IMG/VR virus record: IMGVR_UViG_3300028888_000072
Span: 62,001 to 120,182 of that record
Origin: an uncultured virus (IMG/VR IMGVR_UViG_3300028888_000072)
Lineage: Duplodnaviria; Heunggongvirae; Uroviricota; Caudoviricetes
Direction: 5' to 3' (one strand)
DNA length: 58,182 bases
Shown here: piece by piece, positions 37,989 through 48,623 of the stretch
How positions within the stretch are numbered: the stretch's first letter is position 1
Layout of the letters: every line of letters starts with the position of its first letter
Translations under genes and position numbers: made by a program
Notes under the pieces: model-generated
Database searches by the model: none
What the model was told of the DNA's origin: nothing
Seen by the model: the letters and a program-made list of their open reading frames with translations, nothing else

Positions 37989-38318
37989 ATGATGACAATA
38001 CTTGAAATAATTGGATTAATAATTTTACTTATCTTTGCTATAATAGGATATTTTGCTCTTGGTATAACATTTTCTATTGTTAATGATAATTCATTAGAAG
38101 AAGTATTCATAAATAAATATATGGATTATTTAATTAGGAAATATCCAGAAAAATATTATAAAGATGATATAGGATTATATTGGGTAAATGATTGCAGTTA
38201 TGGAGCACATGCAATGAGTAGTGATAAAAAGGTAAAAGAATTTACAAATATTATATATTATGTACTTTTTATACTTTGGCCTATTGATTTATTTTATAAG
38301 ATTATAAAAAATTTTTAA
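37989..38318 (+). CDS. Two-TM membrane protein (WP motif)
   Basis: Hydrophobic ends; FILWPI. Confidence 0.65.
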   Translation: MMTILEIIGLIILLIFAIIGYFALGITFSIVNDNSLEEVFINKYMDYLIRKYPEKYYKDDIGLYWVNDCSYGAHAMSSDKKVKEFTNIIYYVLFILWPIDLFYKIIKNF

Positions 38319-38430
38319 ACATAATATCTATGAATAAACAAAATGACGAATATTTCAATGAAGGAACAAACATTGAAAAATCAAATGAAAATAATCAAAG
38401 CAATACAGTAATATTAGAAAGTACTATATT

Positions 38431-38919
38431 ATGTGGGTAGCCAGAAATAGAGATGGAACATATCATTTATTTGATATTAAGCCAGTTTATGATGAATGGT
38501 ATGAAGGTTGGGGTGAACCTGGGTTTTATAGACAAGCAAATGACGAATTAACTGTGCAATATTTGAATACTCATTATAAAAAAGTTACGCCTCAACAACT
38601 TGGTTTTGAAATGGATTGGAGAGATGAACCAATTGAAGTTGAAACATTAATTAAGCTTAAACACCCAAATAAAGAGCGTAAAAAACGTACAGCAGTTGAC
38701 AGGCCATTAAACAAATATCTTGAACATCATGGAAGTCATTGCTGGTATTTTGATGGTTTTTATAATAATCACGCAGTAACAGAATGTATGGCACCATGGT
38801 CATTTATGTGCAAAGGAAATAAATTTGATTGTGGGAAACTTAAATATAAATGGCTCGCTTCTTTATCTGAAGAAAAACGAAATATATGGTTAGAAGAACA
38901 TGAAGGTTTGGTTAAATGA
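38431..38919 (+). CDS. Hypothetical protein
   Basis: MWVARNRDG...WRDEPIEV, a common phage N-terminal domain. Confidence 0.65.
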   Translation: MWVARNRDGTYHLFDIKPVYDEWYEGWGEPGFYRQANDELTVQYLNTHYKKVTPQQLGFEMDWRDEPIEVETLIKLKHPNKERKKRTAVDRPLNKYLEHHGSHCWYFDGFYNNHAVTECMAPWSFMCKGNKFDCGKLKYKWLASLSEEKRNIWLEEHEGLVK

Positions 38920-39280
38920 TTTGAAAGAAGGTGATATATTTTATCATATATTATTAGATAGAGTTTGTAAATGCAGACATCTTGGTGATGCGCATAATAT
39001 GAATTTTAGAATGTCGAGAATTAAATTTAAAATTCTTGATGATACATTATTTATAAGTAATCTATTAGGTAATGAACATGAAGCATTTGTAAACCAATAT
39101 GTATATGATAATTATGAAGAAGCACAAAATGCATGTATTGAAGAAATAAAAACAGAAATTAAAAATATTGAAAAATCTATATTGCATTATAAAACTACAA
39201 TTGCAAATTTAGAAACAACGAAACATTCATTAGAAGAAAAATTAAATAATTATGAACGAGAATATAATAAAGAAGATTGA
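38900..39280 (+). CDS. Hypothetical protein (DLxxGDxxY family)
   Basis: LNDLKEGDIFYHI; C-terminal coiled coil. Confidence 0.65.
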   Translation: MKVWLNDLKEGDIFYHILLDRVCKCRHLGDAHNMNFRMSRIKFKILDDTLFISNLLGNEHEAFVNQYVYDNYEEAQNACIEEIKTEIKNIEKSILHYKTTIANLETTKHSLEEKLNNYEREYNKED

Positions 39281-39563
39281 ACAGAATCAAAATCTTATTA
39301 AATTTTGTAATCGTATATTAAACTATAATTCTATACTTGAAAATGAAACTGCAAGAAGTATGTTTGTAGTTTCTTTAATAAGTGCAGATAGTTTAATTGA
39401 TGAACATTCATGTGATGAAACAATTGATGTTGCTAATTTTATTTTAAATCATATAGATTTATTTATGTTAGAAGATGGTATAAAAAAAGATCTTATATCA
39501 AAAATGAATTCTGCAATTAAGATAGCGAAACGTGATAAGAAACAATTTATTAACAAAAAATAA
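39252..39563 (+). CDS. Hypothetical protein
   Basis: Operon-packed ORF. Confidence 0.6.
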   Translation: MNENIIKKIEQNQNLIKFCNRILNYNSILENETARSMFVVSLISADSLIDEHSCDETIDVANFILNHIDLFMLEDGIKKDLISKMNSAIKIAKRDKKQFINKK

Positions 39564-39571
39564 TTAGTGAT

Positions 39572-40132
39572 ATGTTTGAAAAGAAATATTGGGAAAATCT
39601 ATTAAAAGATTTAGATTTAAATGATCTTAATGAATTAATTAAATTGATTAATAAGTTTAAGAAAGAAGCAGATAAACGTCCTGAATTTTTAAATGTATTA
39701 AAAGAATGGCAAAAGAAATATCCAGATGCTAAGATATTCTATTGTGGTGGAGCAGGAAAAGGCGCTTATGAATGTGAAGGTGAATGGCATACATATGATT
39801 GGACAGATTTGCATGATACAACATATAGAACATTATTTAAATTTAAAGAAGTATATGGACCTGGAGATGAGGAATATGAGAATGGTGGTAATGTTGAATT
39901 AATAGAAAAATTCGATAATATAGAAGAATTTAAAAATACTTGTCTTAATAGTTATTTGACATATAAAAATGAAGCAGATAGAAAACAGTTTGAAAAGGAA
40001 TTAAAAAATGCTAAACACGTGCCTCATTATACGTTGAAAGATGCTGAAGATCTTTATAATGGAGATACATTCTATGAATTCATTAATATTGAAACTGGAG
40101 AAACATATTGTTTATATTATAATGCATATTAA
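39572..40132 (+). CDS. Hypothetical protein
   Basis: 186-aa ORF. Confidence 0.65.
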   Translation: MFEKKYWENLLKDLDLNDLNELIKLINKFKKEADKRPEFLNVLKEWQKKYPDAKIFYCGGAGKGAYECEGEWHTYDWTDLHDTTYRTLFKFKEVYGPGDEEYENGGNVELIEKFDNIEEFKNTCLNSYLTYKNEADRKQFEKELKNAKHVPHYTLKDAEDLYNGDTFYEFINIETGETYCLYYNAY

Positions 40133-40423
40133 CTATGGTTAAAGAAATATCAACAGAAACATCTTTATTAGATGTTATTCAAAAAGAATATGAAGATAAT
40201 ATAACTTCAACAAAAAATACGAATATAACATATGAATGAAAATAATAATCATTGTGAAATTGATTTTAATGATGAAGAAGAATTTGTAGATTATCCTTAC
40301 ATTGGAATTGGTATTAAGCCTAAATTCAATAAAAACTTATCTGAAGATATATTAGAAAAAATTATTGGGTGTTAAATTTTTACTTATAATTGTCTATATT
40401 AATATTAATATATTTGACATATT

Positions 40424-42283
40424 ATGATTGTAAATAAAACAATAATTGAAAAGTACGTTAGACAGTGGACTAAAGAAAAAATTGGAGAAGATTTCAAGTT
40501 TAGAGTATATCAACTTGAAGCTATTGTTAATATTATAGATAACATAATTAATAATCAAAAACAGAATATTGTTGTTGAAGCACCTACTGGCTCAGGTAAA
40601 TCATTAATTAATATTATATCTGCTGGTGTTCTTAATGAATATTTTGATTTGACTTCATATATATTAGTTTCTGATTTGTTCTTATGGGAGCAGTATGATA
40701 AGTTTATCATAAAGCATCCTAAAATGAAATTTGCATCAATTAAAGGGCAAACAGGAAATTATAATTGTAAACTTAATAATGAAGATATCCGAAATGCTGA
40801 TTGTAGGATGTGCGGTTTGTCTTGGGCAGCTATGATGAATCCTGATACACAAAAACGTTTCGGATATGATTGTGCACGTAAATGTGAATATATTAAAGTA
40901 AGACAGAAAGCAATAAGATCTAATGTATGTCTTATGACATATCAATTATTCTTATTCACAATGAATAATCCTTCATTTAATGTAGATTCACATGGCCAGC
41001 CAATATTTAGTTCTCGTCATATTTTATTTTGTGATGAGTGCCATAATATACCTGGAATAGTACAAAATCAATATTCACCGACTATAAAATTATCTGATTT
41101 TGATAAGCTTGGTGAATTATGGGATTATGCACAAGGAAATGATCCTGACTTATTTAATACAGCATCTGACTTTCAATTATTACATGATTATACATCTAAA
41201 TCAGCAATGACAAGTGATCTTATGAGTTGTTGGAATGTATTCATAAATGATAAGACATTAAAGAAAGATGATGTAGCAGCAATGCATAAGTTTGAAAACA
41301 TAATGAAAAAGTTTTTAGACGTTGTTACTGATGCTGAACAATATGTATCTAATAAAAGAAAGACTAATCTTCCATTAACTAAAAATGATATTCAATTATA
41401 TAAGACGTGTTCTTGGTTTCATAATCAGGGATGTTTTTGGTCAGACTTTAATCATGCTATATCTGAAGCTGGAGAAGAATATCTATTAAAAGAAATAACA
41501 GAATCAAATGCAGATAAGATAATAACAATATCATTTAAATGTACAAAAGAAGATTATATAGTTTATAGATATCTTTTGTCACAAGCAGAATATAAAGTAA
41601 TGCTTTCTGCTACCGTTGGTGGAAAATGTGCATATGATGAGAATATGGGATTCAAATATACTGAAGAAAAAGAATCTACATATTCAGAAATACCATCAAC
41701 ATTTGATTTTGAAAAGTCACCTATTCATTTTTTGAATAAATTTAAGATGTCATTTAGGGAAAAAGAAAATTCATTCTTGCATCTTAAGAATGTTATATAT
41801 TCAATATGTAAGACAAAGTTTCCAGATCAAAAAGGAATGATACAGACAGGATCATATGCATTTGCTAAACAGTTATATCAAGAAGCACCATTAGACATTA
41901 AACAAAGAATGTTACTTTATAATGGTTCAAAAGAAAAGACCACTTGTATTAAAATACATGAATTTTCTGAAAATACAATATTAGTTGGGCCAACACTTAA
42001 TGAAGGTATTGACTTACCTGGAGATTTATGCAGGTTCATAATCATTATGAAAGTGCCTTATCCAAGTTTAGCAAACAAATTAGTAAAAGAAAAGATTAAG
42101 TTATTCCCATTATGGTATAATTCAACAACATCTAATGAAATCATACAAGGAATTGGACGTGGTGTTAGATTTGATGGTGATTGGTGTGTATCATATATAT
42201 TAGATGCTTGTTGGTGGAAACTTTATCTGGAGACTGAAGAACAATATCCTAATGAATTTAAAAAACGATTAAACATTATTTAA
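40424..42283 (+). CDS. DinG/XPD-family SF2 helicase with probable FeS cluster
   Basis: EAPTGSGKS, Cys cluster after NYNC, DECH, SAT, EGIDLPGD, KVPYP, QGIGRGVR. Confidence 0.9.
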   Translation: MIVNKTIIEKYVRQWTKEKIGEDFKFRVYQLEAIVNIIDNIINNQKQNIVVEAPTGSGKSLINIISAGVLNEYFDLTSYILVSDLFLWEQYDKFIIKHPKMKFASIKGQTGNYNCKLNNEDIRNADCRMCGLSWAAMMNPDTQKRFGYDCARKCEYIKVRQKAIRSNVCLMTYQLFLFTMNNPSFNVDSHGQPIFSSRHILFCDECHNIPGIVQNQYSPTIKLSDFDKLGELWDYAQGNDPDLFNTASDFQLLHDYTSKSAMTSDLMSCWNVFINDKTLKKDDVAAMHKFENIMKKFLDVVTDAEQYVSNKRKTNLPLTKNDIQLYKTCSWFHNQGCFWSDFNHAISEAGEEYLLKEITESNADKIITISFKCTKEDYIVYRYLLSQAEYKVMLSATVGGKCAYDENMGFKYTEEKESTYSEIPSTFDFEKSPIHFLNKFKMSFREKENSFLHLKNVIYSICKTKFPDQKGMIQTGSYAFAKQLYQEAPLDIKQRMLLYNGSKEKTTCIKIHEFSENTILVGPTLNEGIDLPGDLCRFIIIMKVPYPSLANKLVKEKIKLFPLWYNSTTSNEIIQGIGRGVRFDGDWCVSYILDACWWKLYLETEEQYPNEFKKRLNII

Positions 42284-42284
42284 T

Positions 42285-42866
42285 ATGTATAAGAAAATAA
42301 TTATATTTGTATTAGATTCCTTTAATTTATATAAAGGATATGATAGAGATAGATATATAGAATGCTATTCATATTATGATACTGAAGAAGCAATTAAAAA
42401 TAATGTATCGCATATAATAACATATGATATAGGACATTTATCTTTTGATTTAGAAGATCTTGGATATACTATTTTAATAGGATATAAAGGAGCATGCAAA
42501 AAATTTTATGTTGGTATGTCAACTGTAAATGGTAAGGAACTTCGTCATGGCCATAATCTTAGACGTCTATTGATTGGTGGTGCCTTAGATAATGATCTTC
42601 ATATTGACAGACAACATTTTTATTATGATAATGAAAAATCAATACAAGAGTTATTAGCAGATGAATTGACTAAACAGAAAATTGATATTATTTGTAAAGT
42701 TGCTGATGCTACAATAGGTGCACATATTGAAGGAACTAAAGCAATGACTCCAGAAGAATCTAAAAAATGGCACGAAACACATGCTTATTATGATAAAGAT
42801 GGACATTTGATTATTTCTCCAGATCCTGTTGAATATGATGGTATCAATAAATTAAGCCTAATATAA
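42285..42866 (+). CDS. Hypothetical protein
   Basis: Operon-packed ORF. Confidence 0.65.
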   Translation: MYKKIIIFVLDSFNLYKGYDRDRYIECYSYYDTEEAIKNNVSHIITYDIGHLSFDLEDLGYTILIGYKGACKKFYVGMSTVNGKELRHGHNLRRLLIGGALDNDLHIDRQHFYYDNEKSIQELLADELTKQKIDIICKVADATIGAHIEGTKAMTPEESKKWHETHAYYDKDGHLIISPDPVEYDGINKLSLI

Positions 42867-42870
42867 AGTT

Positions 42871-43458
42871 ATGAATACAATAAATACTGAAATAGATAAA
42901 CAATATGAACTTTATGTAAATGATACTAAAACTGTATTAAGATTTAATCAGTTATCATTTAACATAAAAGAATTAGATAAGAATACAGTAAATTCATATT
43001 TTTCATTTGGATTTACATATGATCAATTGAATGAAAATTCTCAGCATATAATAGCAGGCCTTAAAGCAAATCATATGTATAATGATGCAGGTTTACGGTA
43101 TATAAAAAAATCAGATTATACATCAGATGGAATTCTTTATGAATTTGATGAACAAGGAAATAAGATACAATGTATTGATTTAAGAGTAATGGCTCTTAAA
43201 GGAATTAATGATTTTGATTCATGTATAAGTCTTTATTGTGATTGGTATTTGATTAATCCTGATTCTTATACAGGAAATATGATATGCAGACTACAGGATG
43301 AATCAAAAGCGTTATATAATGCGCAGATGACTCAATATAATCAATTAAAGCAACAGTTAGAAAAGGATTTAGATATTGATCCTAATGAATCTGTGTTCTC
43401 AAATAATTTTAGAAAATCATTTAATAAAATAGATTGGTTTAAACCTTATAAAATTTAA
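42871..43458 (+). CDS. Hypothetical protein
   Basis: Operon-packed ORF. Confidence 0.65.
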   Translation: MNTINTEIDKQYELYVNDTKTVLRFNQLSFNIKELDKNTVNSYFSFGFTYDQLNENSQHIIAGLKANHMYNDAGLRYIKKSDYTSDGILYEFDEQGNKIQCIDLRVMALKGINDFDSCISLYCDWYLINPDSYTGNMICRLQDESKALYNAQMTQYNQLKQQLEKDLDIDPNESVFSNNFRKSFNKIDWFKPYKI

Positions 43459-43460
43459 CT

Positions 43461-43709
43461 ATGACATTAACAATAATAAAGATTGTATTAATTATATTAA
43501 CAGCACGAATCATATTCTTAAGTATAGGACATTTGATTATTGTTTTTTATAAAGAAGCTACAAAAATGGCTGTTGAATATATTAATAAAGATCCTGAAAA
43601 ATATGTAAAGGACGAACATATAGAAAGATTTTTTGATAATATGATATGGTTGGTAATATTTATAAATTTATTAATTGGTGCATTTACTGGTAAAATAATA
43701 ATTAGTTAA
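43461..43709 (+). CDS. Small two-TM membrane protein
   Basis: Two hydrophobic segments. Confidence 0.6.
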   Translation: MTLTIIKIVLIILTARIIFLSIGHLIIVFYKEATKMAVEYINKDPEKYVKDEHIERFFDNMIWLVIFINLLIGAFTGKIIIS

Positions 43710-43712
43710 AAT

Positions 43713-44192
43713 ATGAATTGGTTTAAAAGATTATTTAAAAAATGTGATCATAATTGGAAGTTTGTTGCAAATATTTATGGAGATCAAATAAATTATTGTA
43801 ATGGTAAACGATCTATATGGAAATGTAAAAAATGTGGAAAAATAGAATATAGAGATCATTTATATAATGATGAAAATCAATCATATAAATTATGTACAGA
43901 ATTAGATAAGCTTTATGATGAATGCTATAATAAAAGATATAAAGAATGGCAATTATTAAGAAGTGAAACATTGAATAAGATGCAAGCTGATATGAGAAAC
44001 TTAGCATTCAAGGGACAATGCTGGTATGACATAATTTTAGTTTGTGAAGAAATTCATAATGATAGAAATTATTATGAAAAATGGTTAGGAGAAAATAAAC
44101 TTAAATTTGAAAAAAAATTAATTGATAGTAAAGAATTAGCTACTGATATTAATCGTATTGAGTATCATATTCGTTGGAAATATAAATATTAA
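43713..44192 (+). CDS. Hypothetical protein with N-terminal CxH...CxxCG zinc motif
   Basis: CDHNWK...WKCKKCGK. Confidence 0.65.
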   Translation: MNWFKRLFKKCDHNWKFVANIYGDQINYCNGKRSIWKCKKCGKIEYRDHLYNDENQSYKLCTELDKLYDECYNKRYKEWQLLRSETLNKMQADMRNLAFKGQCWYDIILVCEEIHNDRNYYEKWLGENKLKFEKKLIDSKELATDINRIEYHIRWKYKY

Positions 44193-44195
44193 GAT

Positions 44196-44582
44196 ATGAG
44201 TAAAATAAAATTTACAACAGTTCAAGGAGTAAAGATCTATCCAATTGAGTATCTAATTAATGAAGAACTTACAGAATCCGACTTAAGTAATATATTTGAT
44301 ACTCCAAGTTTATTGTATTCTATTATCATTGGTATGTTTAGATATGCAGGTTATAAATCTAAACGAAATTCACAGATTATCAAAATGATTAAAGAAGACA
44401 ATAGATGGATGTATAAAAACTATTGGACTCATAAACAAGCAGTTGAATATGAAGATATGTTAACAAAAATATTTATGAATGTATATTGTGAAACTGAAAC
44501 AAGAGCCAGGTCAAAAGCACAATGGGAAATAATATGGCATGGATTAAATATTAAAGGAAATTTAATTGATTTAGAAAAATAA
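44196..44582 (+). CDS. Hypothetical protein
   Basis: Last gene of the + strand operon. Confidence 0.65.
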   Translation: MSKIKFTTVQGVKIYPIEYLINEELTESDLSNIFDTPSLLYSIIIGMFRYAGYKSKRNSQIIKMIKEDNRWMYKNYWTHKQAVEYEDMLTKIFMNVYCETETRARSKAQWEIIWHGLNIKGNLIDLEK

Positions 44583-44623
44583 TTAAATCTGTAAAATATT
44601 TTAAATAACAAAGAATAGTCGTA

Positions 44624-44738
44624 GAGGATACTAGATAGCTATAGAAAGCTTCTAGCATCCTCATTGATATTAAATAATATAATTTAATTAAAAATATAGT
44701 ATACCGCATCTAAAAGCTTAGAAATGATTCTAAGCTTT
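44624..44738. repeat. Paired hairpins (palindromic element B) between convergent genes
   Basis: GAGGATACTAGATAGCT...AGCTTCTAGCATCCTC (44624-44662) and AAAGCTTAGAA-ATGA-TTCTAAGCTTT (44713-44738). Confidence 0.75.
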
Positions 44739-44745
44739 ATATGAT

Positions 44746-47700
44746 TTAGTATTGTAATAATGCTATTACATATCCATTTCCGCCTTTAGAATATGCTTGT
44801 ATTTGTTCAGAATCAGAGTATCGTGTTTTATATCTATATGCCTTTTCATCATTATATTCTGTTGAAGTCCATAAATAATTTGATGATGTTACACCATTCA
44901 TTGTTATACTACCAAATTTATTATATATTGTTTTTAAACGATTACTAAAATCAGTAGAATTTCCATCCTGTATAATTTTTGAATATTCACCTAAAGCACC
45001 AAGATACCAATCACCAGCTTGAGTACCTAATGTATGATAACGAGCACAACAACATGCTGCAGATGCATAACCTTCTGCATATTCATTTACAATTGTAGAA
45101 TCTGTTTGCCAATTAGGTTGTCCAGTAACAGTTGCCAAAAGTTTAGTTGTATTACCCTTACCGTCAATATCTGTTAAAGCATATTGTCCAGCTTCTCCCA
45201 ATTGTTCATAGTTATAACCGTTTTCTCCAAATATTGATGGCAAATGGTTTGATGCACCACTATAAAATGTATTTGCACCAGTTAATGATTGTGTTTGTAA
45301 ATTATTAAGTGTTGATATATCAACAAATTTATTACCATAAGACATTACACCATTTGTACTATCTACATATGAAACTCCTGAATCTGGATTACTTCTACTC
45401 ATATATTTTAATGACATAAATCTAGCTTTTTCATTAGGTCCAAAAAAACCAGTTGATGTAATACAAAATCCAATAGGTGTCCATTCAGAATATTGATCTT
45501 TAACTTCATCAGTTACAATTTTATATCCTTCAGAATTTGCATACATATATTCCCCATAAATATATTTATCAATTTCACAATATTGATTAATTGCTAATAT
45601 ATTTGTTCTTGCAGTATTTGATAATGATTTACATGATTTAAATGAATTATTTCCAATTGATATAATATTATTATCAATATTTATATTTTCTAATGATACG
45701 CAATTCATAAATGCTTTATCATAAATTGTCGTTACTGTATTTGGTAAATTAATTGTTTGAAGTTTAACATGTTCTTTAAATTGATTTTGAGGAATACTTG
45801 TAAAACTACCTAATAATGTTAATGATGTTAAAGAATTAAAATTAAAATATATATTATCAAAACTTTTAACAGTATTTTTAATTGTTAAAGATGTTAAATT
45901 AGAATAATCATAATTAATTGCAATACTACCTATTGTTTCATTAATATCAAAATATGTAACACCATCTTCAACATATCCAAGTTTTGTTCCAGCAAAAGCA
46001 TTCTTTCCTAATGAAGTTAATGATGTAGGAATATTAATAGATTCTAATTTCCCACACCCTGTAAATGCATAATTACCAATAGTTGTAATTGAATTAGGTA
46101 ATGTTATTGATGTTAATCCTGTTGATGCAAATATACCATGAGTGCTGTCAAGATTACCAATTTCTGTAAGTGTATTAGGTAATCTAACATCTTCTAATGA
46201 TGAACAACCACCAAATCCTGCATTAGGACCAAATGATGTCATACTTGTTGTAGATAAATCAACTTTAGTTAATGCTGAACATCCCCCCATATTATTAATA
46301 GATAAAACTGTTGATGGTGCAATAAGTTCTTTTAAACTATAACAACCAGCTAAACTAGGTATTTCAACTAAACCTTCTGGGAATGTAACATATTCTAAAG
46401 CTCCTAATCCACTAAATAAACTAGATTGCATATGTCCTGTTGAATCTAATGCATCTGTACCAATTATAATATTCTTTAATGTCGTACGTGCATCTCCAGC
46501 AGTTAAATTCATTATATTAGTAACTAAATTACTATTAATTACTAAAGATTCTAAAGCAGTTCCATATAATGGAGTTGAACCAATTGATTCTAAAGAATTT
46601 GGAATTGTAATTGATTTAATTGATGTACAATTTTTAAATGCATTATCTCCAATATGTTTAACAGAATTTGGAATTATTATGTTTTCTAATGCAGTACAGC
46701 CATTAAATGCAGTATCTCCAATATATTCTAATGAATTAGGTAATTCAATTTCTACTGTAGATTCATTGTTAAACAAATTTCCATATATACGTTTAACTCC
46801 ATTTTTTATAGAATATGAAGTTAAAGAATCTTCTACATTTATTGGAACTAATCCTAAGTTTTCATCATTCAAATATCTAATACCATTTTCTACATATCCT
46901 AATGATGTACATCCATCAAATGCATCACCAATAAATGTTAATTTTTTAGGTAATTTAATTTCAGTTAATGTTGAAAAACTTGCAAATGTTCCATTATTAA
47001 TATGAGTTATTTGCGTATGAGATAAATCAATCTTAGTTATATTATTACCATTAAATGGTTGACTTGAAGTAATTACTTCAATTGTAGAAGGTATCACTAT
47101 TTCTTTAATACCCATATTTTGCATTCGTGGAATATATGTAAAACCTTCGGCAAATACTATTTTTTCTGTAGTTGTTGTACTAGCTATTGCACTTTCAAAA
47201 CTACTATCATTACTTATATTCCAATTAGAATTATTCAATATTAATTCTTTTAATTTAAGACCAGATATAGCTCCAGCACCTATACTAGTTACTAATTTTG
47301 GAATTTCTAAACGTCTTAATGATGAACAGTTAGATAAAGCTGCACTACTAATTGTTGTTAATGATTCAGGTAAAGAAACAGATTGTAAATTTGAACAATT
47401 TAAAAAGAAATTATCTGATAGTACAGTCATATCACTTGGTAAATGAGCATGTCTTATATGTTTATTATATAAGAATGGTGCTGAAGTATTATAATTTTTA
47501 AATTTAAACTTAACAATATGTTTACCTTCTGTTAAAACAGACGCAGGTGCAGGACTTGTAACATCATTCCATTTTTCACCATCTATAATGACATATTCTA
47601 ATAAATTTGTAAGATCATTAAAAGATGTCCATAATGTTGAATTATCTGTATCATCCTTTTCATATATACAAACTAATTCATTGTCATTATATTCAAAGTT

Positions 47701-47799
47701 TTCTCCGTTAATAGAAAAAACATTAGGTTGTGCAATTGAATCACCTTCATAAAAAGTTTGTAATTCACTTAAAGAGTTAAATTCTTTTAAATGTCTCAT
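44746..47799 (-). CDS. BspA-type (LRR_5) leucine-rich repeat protein with C-terminal CLec/DUF1566-like domain; probable virion adhesin
   Basis: Repeats IxLPxSLxxIGxxAFxxCxxL; C-terminus GDWYLGALGE...YLWTSTEY...YVIALL. Confidence 0.85.
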   Translation of the reverse strand: MRHLKEFNSLSELQTFYEGDSIAQPNVFSINGENFEYNDNELVCIYEKDDTDNSTLWTSFNDLTNLLEYVIIDGEKWNDVTSPAPASVLTEGKHIVKFKFKNYNTSAPFLYNKHIRHAHLPSDMTVLSDNFFLNCSNLQSVSLPESLTTISSAALSNCSSLRRLEIPKLVTSIGAGAISGLKLKELILNNSNWNISNDSSFESAIASTTTTEKIVFAEGFTYIPRMQNMGIKEIVIPSTIEVITSSQPFNGNNITKIDLSHTQITHINNGTFASFSTLTEIKLPKKLTFIGDAFDGCTSLGYVENGIRYLNDENLGLVPINVEDSLTSYSIKNGVKRIYGNLFNNESTVEIELPNSLEYIGDTAFNGCTALENIIIPNSVKHIGDNAFKNCTSIKSITIPNSLESIGSTPLYGTALESLVINSNLVTNIMNLTAGDARTTLKNIIIGTDALDSTGHMQSSLFSGLGALEYVTFPEGLVEIPSLAGCYSLKELIAPSTVLSINNMGGCSALTKVDLSTTSMTSFGPNAGFGGCSSLEDVRLPNTLTEIGNLDSTHGIFASTGLTSITLPNSITTIGNYAFTGCGKLESINIPTSLTSLGKNAFAGTKLGYVEDGVTYFDINETIGSIAINYDYSNLTSLTIKNTVKSFDNIYFNFNSLTSLTLLGSFTSIPQNQFKEHVKLQTINLPNTVTTIYDKAFMNCVSLENINIDNNIISIGNNSFKSCKSLSNTARTNILAINQYCEIDKYIYGEYMYANSEGYKIVTDEVKDQYSEWTPIGFCITSTGFFGPNEKARFMSLKYMSRSNPDSGVSYVDSTNGVMSYGNKFVDISTLNNLQTQSLTGANTFYSGASNHLPSIFGENGYNYEQLGEAGQYALTDIDGKGNTTKLLATVTGQPNWQTDSTIVNEYAEGYASAACCCARYHTLGTQAGDWYLGALGEYSKIIQDGNSTDFSNRLKTIYNKFGSITMNGVTSSNYLWTSTEYNDEKAYRYKTRYSDSEQIQAYSKGGNGYVIALLQY

Positions 47800-47945
47800 A
47801 TATATTTCTTAATAAATTTATAATTGATTTAATGTATTATATTTAAAAATAATTATATAATAAATGTTAATATTTTTTAATTAATATCTATATTAATATA
47901 TTATCCACAAACAATTATTATTTATAAAAATATTAATATATTAAC

Positions 47946-48623
47946 GTGGAAATTTTTGTAGGAATTGATCCATCTTTGAATAGTACAGGTATATGCATGT
48001 TATTTTATGAAGAAGATAAATTAGTTAAAGATATGTATTATATTATTAAGCCAAATAAGTTGACTAAAAAAGAACAGTCTATACAAGATACTTTAATTAA
48101 TTTTGATTATATCTTATATAAAAAAACAGATTTAGATATATATAAAGACAATAATGTGAATATTGGAAATTCCCATATTTACAATAATTTATTTTCTGAA
48201 TATTGGAAGACTATTAATATGATAAATATTGTTGACACTATTAAAGAATGCATATACGATAATATTCAAGGAAGAACATCTTATACATTATATATAGTAC
48301 AAGAAGGAATTAGTTATGGATCATCAATAAGAACGAAATCTGTGTTTGATTTGGCAGGTCTTAATTATATGATAAGAAGAGAATTTATAAAGAATGAAGA
48401 AATAAGATTCTTTATATCTCCCCCAACTCATATAAAAAAATTCGCGACAGGAATTGGAAACTGTAAAAAGGAAATGATTATTGAAATGTTTAAGATGATT
48501 CAACCAGAATTATCAAAATCATTACCTAAAGTAGACGATATCGCTGATGCTTATTTCATGGCTAAATATGCTAGACAAATATATCTTGATAATTTAGAAG
48601 AAAACAAAAAGGAGAACGATTAA
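47946..48623 (+). CDS. RuvC-like Holliday junction resolvase
   Basis: GIDPSLNSTG, VQEGISYGS, PPTHIKKFATGIGN, DDIADAY. Confidence 0.85.
   Translation: MEIFVGIDPSLNSTGICMLFYEEDKLVKDMYYIIKPNKLTKKEQSIQDTLINFDYILYKKTDLDIYKDNNVNIGNSHIYNNLFSEYWKTINMINIVDTIKECIYDNIQGRTSYTLYIVQEGISYGSSIRTKSVFDLAGLNYMIRREFIKNEEIRFFISPPTHIKKFATGIGNCKKEMIIEMFKMIQPELSKSLPKVDDIADAYFMAKYARQIYLDNLEENKKEND

Noticed and set aside
40135..40375. Two very short ORFs before the helicase
   Set aside because: Plausible, but under 50 aa with no recognisable features; insufficient support.
47946..48623. TnpB/Cas12-like RuvC nuclease
   Set aside because: Only 225 aa with classical resolvase motifs; no zinc finger, guide locus or IS ends.
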